A stretch of DNA of 64,000 nt from Eledone cirrhosa (lineage: Eukaryota), in contig OZ024742.1 of assembly GCA_964016885.1 (NCBI GenBank), positions 312,294,001 to 312,358,000 on the forward strand, given 5' to 3'. Position numbers and translations under genes: made by a program. The notes below the pieces were generated by a model. That model searched no databases. It was not told the DNA's origin and saw only the letters and a program-made list of their open reading frames with translations. This document shows, in pieces, positions 53,329-64,000 of this stretch (the stretch's first letter is position 1; each line of letters opens with the position of its first letter).

Positions 53329-53665
53329 TTTCATCATTTCATTTTATGTCCGCTTTTTCCCTACTTGCAAGGGTGGGACGGGAACTGATGCTGGCTTGAT
53401 TTCTACAGCTGAATGCCCTTCCTAACACCGACCTCATTTACAGTGAGTGCTGGGTGCTTTTTTGCCGTGGCACCTCCACGACCACTTTGCAGTGGAATGA
53501 TAGGGACCCCAGTCCCTATCATCTCATTTCTACAGCTGAGTAAACAGGAGCAATGTGAAATAAAGTGTCTTGCTCAAGGAAACAACACACCACCCGGTCT
53601 GAGAATTAAACTCACAACCTTTCGATTGCAAGGCCAATGCTCTAACCACTTAGCCATGTGCCTCC
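53325..53665 (-). mobile_element. Young CORE-type SINE (copy D)
   Basis: Reverse complement of copies A/C. Confidence 0.92.
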
Positions 53666-53843
53666 ATAAATATATACTCACTGTAAATGAGGTTGGTGTT
53701 AGGAAGGGCATCCAGCTGTAGAAATCAAGCCCAAATCAGTTCCGTATGAGCAAGACATGGTTACCTGACCTGGCATTGCCCACACAGGACAACCCGTCTA
53801 ACCTATGCTAGTGTGGAAGAATGGACATGTGATGATAATTATG

Positions 53844-53955
<112 letters not shown>

Positions 53956-54282
53956 ACCAACAGATGTAAAACAGTAACTGATAAAAGAAACAAATACCTC
54001 ATTTTAGACGTATAAAAAATTGTTAGAACTAATTTCCATTATTTTTAGATAAAAAAAGGACTTTTGCACATGTTACAAAAGACATATATTACAGGAGAAA
54101 TGTATAAGTGTATTTACCAAAAGAAGTTAAATAGCCATAAATCAATACAGTATGAGCAGTCACATGCAGAAGGTGTTTCTGTGTGTGAGTGCGTGCGTGC
54201 GCATGCATTAGTATATATATATATATATACACACATACAGAGAGAGATACATACAAACATGTATTCATATATTCACACACAC

Positions 54283-54326
<44 letters not shown>

Positions 54327-54801
54327 CATTCATACATACATACATATATATATGTGTGTTTGTGTTCAAGAAAGTTTCTAATTCTAACATAGCCTCCATT
54401 TATCATGAAGATTTCTCATATGTAAAATTCTATTCCACTCTATCTAAATATATAAACATACACAAACATACATTATACACACACACACACACACACACAC
54501 ACATCTAGTTGTCGAAACGGCCAGAGCGCAGCCGCCAGGGTCCTGAATCTTTTGATATATATATACATATCAAAAGATTCACCCTTTGTGTGTGTGTATC
54601 TCTATATTTCTCTTCCTCTCTTAGTGTGTAATGAGTCCTATAGAAAAGAGAGCCAGTGAGTGTGTGAGAAAGTAGTGTCTGTGTGTGAGAGGGGGGGGGG
54701 GTAGAGGGAGAGAGAGGAAAGAGAGAGAGAGAGATTCATATGTGTAAGAGAGATTTTATGTGTGTGTGTGTGTGTGTGTATGTATATATATATATATATA
54801 T

Positions 54802-57573
54802 AGGGGAACACACAAGCCAGGTAGATTATATCCTTACCAGAAGACGTGACAGAGTGTCTGTTGTAAACACTAAATCCCTCCCCCATGAAGAATGCACCTC
54901 CCAACATAGACTGATAATTAGCGACCTTATAGTCAGGACGAGACGTACTCGACAGCAGAAGAAGACTATCCTCAGGAGGAAAATATGGAAACTAAAGGAC
55001 CCCACAGCCAGAAATAAATTTCAAAGCATATTACTTGATGCTTTCGACAGTAAGGAAGAGCATCTAGAATCGGACAATATAGAGGGACAGTGGGAATTTC
55101 TGAAAGCAAACCTGCTGTTGGCGACAGACGAAGTCTGTGGCTGGAGCAGGCCTGTAGGCAGGAGGAGAGTAACATGGTGGTGGAACAGTAGGGTGGAGGG
55201 GTCAATTAAGGCCAAAAAGCAGGCTTGGAAAGTATGGCGGGATGGGGGAAGTAGAGTAGACTATCAAGTGGCCAGGAGGGAAGCTAGGAGAGAAGTGTAC
55301 TTAGCAAGAAGGGAAGCTGAGGAAAGAAAGTTCAAGCATGTTCTACAACGCGATGACCAAAAACGTGAGGTGTTCAGGATTGCCAGGCAATGCGTCAAGG
55401 AAAACCGTGATATTGTCGGGGAGAAGTGTGTACTTAACGATGATGGCATACTTGCCATCACCGACACTGATAAGACGGTAGCTTGTCACTATGAAAGGCT
55501 ACTAAATGAGGAGAATAAATGGGAGAAAGACAGTCTCCCCCATATCGACCCGATAGAGGGACCAGCAGTGTTAGTCGAGGGGAGTATAATAAGTAAGGCA
55601 ATCAAGGATATGAAGACGGGTAAGGCGGCTGGGCCTTCGGAAATAGTTGCTGAGATGCTGAAGGCATCTGGCACGGTGGGACACACCATGGTCACCCGCA
55701 TAGTTAACCAAGTCGTACAGAATGGGGTTGTTCCGGAGGACTGGCATAGCAGCATCATCGTTAACTGTTATAAGGGTAAAGGAGACGCCCTAGATAGGAG
55801 TAACTATAGAGGCATTAAATTAATCGACCAGGTCATGAAGGTCACGGAAAAAGTAATAGCGCAACTAATCAGAGAGAGAATTGACCTAGATGAAATGCAG
55901 TTCGGGTTTGTGTCAGGCAAAAGCACCACAGACGCCCTTTTCATAGTACGACAACTACAGGAGAAGTACCTAGCTAAAGGTAGGCCCCTCTACTTAGCTT
56001 TTGTCGACCTGGAGAAAGCCTTCGACAGAGTCCCCCGCTCCATTATCTGGTGGGCTCTTAGAAAACTAGGCGTTGACGAATGGCTTGTGAGGGCTATACA
56101 AGCCATGTATAAAGAAACAGTCAGCAAGGTTAGAATTAACAACGAATATAGTGAAGAGTTTAGCGTAAAAGTTGGTGTCCATCAGGGCTCTGTTCTTAGC
56201 CCCCTACTATTTATTGCCCTTCAGGCTATAACAGAGGAGTTCAAGACAGGCTGCCCATGGGAACTCCTATACGCAGACGACCTGACACTCATAGCGGAAT
56301 CAATGGCCGAGCTAGAGAAGAAATTCCAAACATGGAAGCACGGCCTAGAGTCAAAAGGACTTAAAATTAACCTGGCTAAGACCAAAGTTCTAGTTTGTAG
56401 GAAAGAAAACAAGGCGGCGGTCCCTTCTGGGAAATGGTCGTGCTTGGTGTGTAGGAAAGGCGTAGGTAGAAACTCCATTTTATGTCCTAAATGCAAAGTA
56501 TGGGTGCATAAAAGATGTAGTGGGATCACAGATAAGCTAACTAAGAACATAGATTTTACATGTGGCCGGTGTTCTGGTGCAATAAGTAGCAGCAAGTGCC
56601 CACAAAATACTAGCTCTTTCAATTGCGCAGAGGGTTCTATAGAAATAGTGGACAGCTTCCGTTACCTGGGCGATAAAATCAGCAGTGGGGGAGGGTGCTC
56701 TGAAAGTACTGTAGCTAGAGTCAGAACTGGTTGGAAAAGTTCAGAGAGCTTATACCACTATTAGCTGCTAAAGGGTTCTCCCTAAAAATGAAAGGCAGGT
56801 TGTACGATGCCTGCATACGAACAGCAATGTTGCATGGTAGTGAGACCTGGGCATTGTGTGCAGAGGATATACGCAGACTAGAGAGGAACGAAGCTTGCAT
56901 GCTGCGCTGGATGTGTAACAGTAATATACGTGAACGGCAAAGCATAAACGAACTAAGGAAAAAATTAGAGATAAGAGGGATCAGATGTTGTTTACTCGAG
57001 AGAAGGCTGCGTTGGTATGGACACGTGATGCGCATGAAAGTCGATAGCTGTATAACAAAGTGCAGGGCAATAAAGATAGACGGTAGCCACGGAATAGGCA
57101 GACCTAGAAAAACATGGGATGAGCTGATAAACTCCGACCTCACACACTTACACCTCTCCAAGACAATGTCACTGGACCGAGACCTTTGGCGGTACTCAGT
57201 AACAGAGAAGACCCGCCTTGCCAGTAGGCATCTCTAACAAAATACACCCCGTCCCGCCACCACCCCCACCCCATCCACACCACCCCGTTCTATGTAAAGT
57301 TATGTTGGTGCCGCGCCATCCAGGCCGAAACAAATGAGATCGTGTAGGTGTCACGACAAAAAAACACACAGTCCACGCTGTAATGTGGCCGTGTAGGCAA
57401 CACGGTAAAAACCTCCCAGACCCACAGTGTAAATGTGGTTGGTGTTAGGAAGGGCATCCAACTGTAGAAAACCTGCCAGACAGTCCTATGCGAGCTTGCC
57501 TCAAGTGGGACTATCCCCGTCCAAACCCATGCAAGCGTGGAACACGGACGTTAAACGTTGATGATGATGATGA

Positions 57574-57577
<4 letters not shown>
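54802..57577 (+). mobile_element. 5'-truncated RTE LINE (subfamily 2)
   Basis: End of APE (SQVDY, QHRL), full RT (YADD), PHD-like finger. 1-nt frameshift at ~56737. 3'UTR and (GAT)n tail; both flanks (TA)n. Confidence 0.94.
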
Positions 57578-57635
<58 letters not shown>

Positions 57636-58099
57636 ATTTGAAAGAGAAAAAGTGTAAATGAGATAGCATGTCTCTGAAAATGAGAGAATATGGCTGTGTA
57701 GAGAGAGAGGGGAGTACTATTGTGTGTGTGTATGAAAGCGGACAATAAATGATGGAACATAGATATAATACACACACACACACACACACGCATAGACATA
57801 TATATACATACACAAACACACACACACATACACATACATATATACACATGAGTATTTATGATTATATATATATACAGACACATGCACATAAATATACGCA
57901 CACACACATATATATACACACACATTTACACACACAAATATATATAGTTTTGTAATACACTTATATAACTTGGAGGCTTTCATTAAAATTTAGATTCCTC
58001 ATCTCTGTCTCATTCCCTCTCTCTCTCTCTCTCTCATGCACTCACACTAGCATAATGTTCTCCAACATCTAAAGAATCAACCTATATATATATACATAC

Positions 58100-58175
<76 letters not shown>

Positions 58176-58397
58176 TTCGTTTCTGAATTTGTTTAGCAAG
58201 ATTCTTTATCTGAAATCGTGTGTTGAAACCGATATTGTTATACTTTGGGAGGATCATGTTGCCAATAAGAAACACACGCACCAGTTGCTTTCACTTCAAT
58301 TTATTATATATTTATAAATTTATAAATTTACAAATCTACAAACTTATAAATTTCTGGTTGGTTGGTTGGTTCCACAACCAGATAGTTGTTTATATAT

Positions 58398-58442
58398 AGT
58401 CATAGTCCTTTCGTCACACACTCTGTGACCTCTTCAGTGACT
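58398..58442 (-). ncRNA. Minimal type I hammerhead ribozyme motif, core intact
   Basis: Minus strand: AGTCA-CTGAAGA-G-GTCACA-GAGTG-TGTGAC-GAAA-G-GA-C-TA-TGACT. Stems I and II are perfect; CUA cleavage site. Confidence 0.8.
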
Positions 58443-58590
58443 GGGGATTCCTCTCTTTGTTTCTGTGCCTTTGACAGGTTTTGTTTTTAGTCCTGCAGGA
58501 TGTCCAAAGTCACCCTCCTCAACAAGAAACCTTGGTGGGGTTGCCAGTTTAGTCGCCAACGACCCAACCATGAGTCAGGTTGTACTGGGA

Positions 58591-59096
58591 TACATATATA
58601 TATATATATACATACATACATACATACATATATATACATACATACATATATATATACATACATACATACATATATATATACATACATATATATATATACA
58701 TACATATATATATATATACATACATATATATATACATACATATATATATATATACATACATATATATATACATACATACATATATATATATATATACATA
58801 CATATATACATACATACATATATATATACATACATACATACATATATATATACATACATACATATATATATACATACATACATACATATATATATACATA
58901 CATACATACATATATATATACATACATACATACATATATATATACATACATACATACATATATATATACATACATACATATATATATACATACATACATA
59001 CATATATATATACATACATACATACATATATATATATATACATACATACATATATATATATATACATACATACATATATATATATATACATACATA

Positions 59097-59130
<34 letters not shown>

Positions 59131-59138
59131 CATACATA

Positions 59139-59172
<34 letters not shown>

Positions 59173-59863
59173 CATACATATATATATATATACATACATA
59201 TATATATACATACATACATACATACATATATATATATACATACATACATATATATATATACATACATATATATATACATACATATATATATACATACATA
59301 CATACATACATATATATATATACATACATACATATATATATATACATACATATATATATACATACATACATACATATATACATACATACATATATATATA
59401 TATACATACATATATATATATATACATACATATATATATATATATACATACATACATATATATATATACATACATACATATATATACATACATACATATA
59501 TATACATACATACATATATATATATATACATACAAACATATATATATATACATACATACATACATATATATACATACATACATACATACACATACATATA
59601 TATATATACATACATACATACACACATATATATACATACATATACATACATACATATATATATATACATACATATATATATATACATACATACATACATA
59701 TATATATACATACATATATATATACATACATACATATATATATATACATACATACATACATATACATACATACATACATATATATATATACATACATACA
59801 TACATACATACATACATACATACATACATACAAATATATATATACATACATACAAATATATAT

Positions 59864-59906
<43 letters not shown>

Positions 59907-59921
59907 CATACATACATATAT
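58591..59921. repeat. 1.3-kb (TA/TACA)n microsatellite
   Basis: Direct inspection; source of the long YI/HT/VC ORFs. Confidence 0.97.
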
Positions 59922-60599
59922 GATTCCAGTTCCTCAGTGAAATAACAACCCAACCAGGAACTGGGCATATCAGAGTATTGACAAAGTTAAACATCTCAAC
60001 AACATGTGTACTCGTTTCTACCACACTAATTCTTAGTTTCTTGTCCTATTCTTTTAAAGGTTTATATTCCAACAATATTACTTTTTTTTGCTGTACGCAT
60101 TTTTCTATCTGGTCTACTATTTTTTAAGGCAATGCAAGCAACAACTATCTAATAATTAAAAGATCATAGTGAATTACTGACAAGTGATTGACATTTTAAA
60201 GTTCTTTTGAGTATAATTGCAATCTAGTTGAGGCAACTGGCTTAATGACAAAGCTAGTAAATCATGAATGCATTTGAGATGATTAGTGCATAATAGTGAA
60301 TTGGTGAAACTTGTGCATTTCAATGGTGTTACGGATAAAAACTGATACTGCTGTCTACGACCTTTATATAGGATTGTCATGTTTCTCTGTATCTGCAATG
60401 AGGGTATACAAAATAAGAGTTATGATATTAACTTTTATTTAAAATCCCCAAAAATGCTGTGCATGAAAACTTCAAAAAGTAATTCTATTTCTATTGATGA
60501 CCTCTTAGTTGCTCATACTAATTTTGTAATAGATTTCAAGCAAATAATCAGAATGATCTGGTATAATTTTTATGCAGATAAATGACTAATTATAATAAA

Positions 60600-61042
60600 G
60601 GGCCATCCAGATATCATGTGGACACCGCGAAGAAAAAATGGTCACATGATATCTGCACATGGCGGGGACATGGGTCATCATCGTGAAGCACTCACCTATT
60701 TTTAAAATATTAGACTATGATAAATGAATTTAGTTAAAAATACAATTTAAAATATATTAGATTACCTCCCCTTGTAATTACCTCGTAATTACCTCCCCTA
60801 GCGTCACACTTACTACTCACTCACTTGAACACAGGATTTATCAGCAAACTTTGATTATAAACTTTTTCCCGCTGGGCCAAATTTCTAGATTTTTAAGCCA
60901 AAAGATGCGTAATGATCTACTGTTCATGCTCATATAAGTTTTATCTCAGTTACATAAAGTAGGGCCGCGCTGTACTGTCCAGACGATTGCCAACGAAAAC
61001 ACGACCACAACAATATTACTAAACGGACTACCGTCCGTTTAG
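60600..61042 (+). mobile_element. CpG-rich element ending in a GC-containing hairpin, possibly Helitron/Helentron-like
   Basis: ACAATATTA-CTAAACGGAC-TACC-GTCCGTTTAG at 61010-61042; internal inverted repeat CAGATATCATGTG/CACATGATATCTG. Left boundary uncertain. Confidence 0.4.
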
Positions 61043-61081
61043 GATATATATATATGTATATACATACATATATATATATAT

Positions 61082-61425
61082 GCACATGGCTTAGTGGTTA
61101 GAGCATTGGCCTTGCAATCGAAAGGTTGTGAGTTCAATTCTCAGACCGGGTGATGTGTTGTTTCCTTGAGCAAGACACTTTATTTCACATTGCTCCAGTT
61201 TACTCAGCTGTAGAAATGAGATGATAGGGACTGGCGTCCCTATCATTCCACTGCAAAGTGGTCGTGCAGGTGCCACGGCAAAAAAGAACCCAGCACTCAC
61301 TGTAAATGAGGTTGGTGTTAGGAAGGGCATCCAGCTGTAAAAATCAAGCCAGAATCAGTTCCTGTCCCACCCTTGCAAGCAAGGAAAAAGCGGACGTAAA
61401 ATGAAATGAAATGAAATGAAATGAA
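61082..61425 (+). mobile_element. Young CORE-type SINE (copy E)
   Basis: Near-identical to copies A/C; (ATGAA)n tail. Confidence 0.92.
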
Positions 61426-62990
<1,565 letters not shown>

Positions 62991-62992
62991 AT

Positions 62993-63092
62993 ATACTAGC
63001 TCTTTCAATTGCGCAGAGGGTTCTATAGAAATAGTGAACAGCTTCCGTTACCTGGGTGACAAAATCAGCAGTGGGGGAGGGTGCTCTGAAAG
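62993..63092 (+). mobile_element. ~100-bp internal fragment of RTE subfamily 2
   Basis: Encodes TSSFNCAEGSIEIVNSFRYLGDKISSGGGCSE. Confidence 0.9.
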
Positions 63093-64000
63093 ATCTCGGT
63101 CCAGTGACATTGTCTTGGAAAGGTGTAAGTGTGTGAGGTCGGAATTATATCAAGTCGTCCCAGGATTTTCTGGGTCTGCCTACTCCGTGGCTACCCTCTA
63201 TTTTTATTGCCCTGCACTTTTTTATACAGCTGTCGCCTTTCATGCGCATCACGTGACCATACCAACGTAGTCTTCTCTCGAGTAAACAACATCTGATCCC
63301 TCTTATTCCAAATTTCTCCCTTAGTTCGTTTATGCTTTGCCGTTCACGTATATTACTATTACACATCCAGCGGAGCATGCAAGCTTCGTTTCTCTCCAGT
63401 CTGCGTATATCCTCTGCACACAATGCCCAGGTCTCACTGCCATGTAACATTGCTGATTGTATGCAGGCATCATACAGCCTGCCTTTCATTTTTAGAGAGA
63501 ACCCTTTAGCGGCCAATAGTGGTATAAGCTCTCTCAACTTTTTCCATCCCGTTCTGACTCTAGCAACTGTACTTTCAGAGCACCTTCCCCCACTGCTGAT
63601 TTTGTCACCCAGGTAACGGAAGCTGTCCACTATTTCTATAGAACCCTCTACGCAATTGAAAGAGCTAGTATTTTGTGGGCACTTGCTGCTACTTATTGCA
63701 CCAGAGCACCAGCCACACATAAAATCTATATTCTTAGTTAGCTTACCTGTGATCCCACTACATCTTTTATGTACCCATACTTTGCATTTGGGACATAAAA
63801 TGGAGTTTCTACCTACTCCTTTCCTACACACTGAGCATGGCCATTTCCCAGATGGGACCGGTGCCCTATTTTCCTTCCTACAAACTAGAACTTTAGTCTT
63901 AGACAAGTTAACTTTAAGGCCTTTTGATTCTAGGCCATGCTTCCATGTTTGGAATTTCTTCTCTATTTCAGCCATTGATTTAGCTATGAGCGTTAGATCA
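63089..64000 (-). mobile_element. RTE LINE subfamily 2, 3' end lost, continues beyond the window
   Basis: ORF 63145-63975 is near-identical to the C-terminal halves of the 47-kb and 56-kb copies, including the PHD-like finger. Confidence 0.93.

Noticed and set aside
54513-54530. GAAACGGCCAGA as a hammerhead 3' half (also ~30195-30215 minus, 36565-36600 and 49766-49780)
   Set aside because: No intact CUGANGA box or stem I partner visible.
54740-54801. N-terminus of the 674-aa ORF as a real start
   Set aside because: Derives from the (TG)/(TA) flank; the LINE is 5'-truncated at ~54802.
58465-60024. Six 440-490-aa ORFs (YIHT/MYVC repeats); similar ones at 61318-62649 and 27796-28293
   Set aside because: Translations of stop-free (TA/TACA)n microsatellites, not genes.

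Overview
AT-rich, repeat-dense eukaryotic DNA, intronic or intergenic. The SINE, LINE and microsatellite content suggests a cephalopod, probably Octopus (inference). No intact host gene is evident; there are only two weak minus-strand exon candidates. The window holds four large RTE-clade LINE copies of two subfamilies, all disrupted or truncated, each with a C4HC3 PHD-like finger inside the RT region. It also holds six young tRNA/CORE-type SINEs whose 3' tails match those LINEs, many older SINE and tail fragments, and TTAA-, TA- and 8-bp-TSD MITEs. Further remnants include a Tc1/mariner relic, L1/Tx1-like and BovB-like LINE 3' ends, and kilobase (TA/TACA)n microsatellites. The most notable unannotated signal is a set of minimal type I hammerhead-ribozyme motifs, with (near-)palindromic stem III and usually a downstream AATAAA. 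They lie in short non-coding elements embedded in microsatellites, including a ~428-nt unit present in two circular permutations (Penelope pLTR- or retrozyme-like). All alignments and folds were done by eye.
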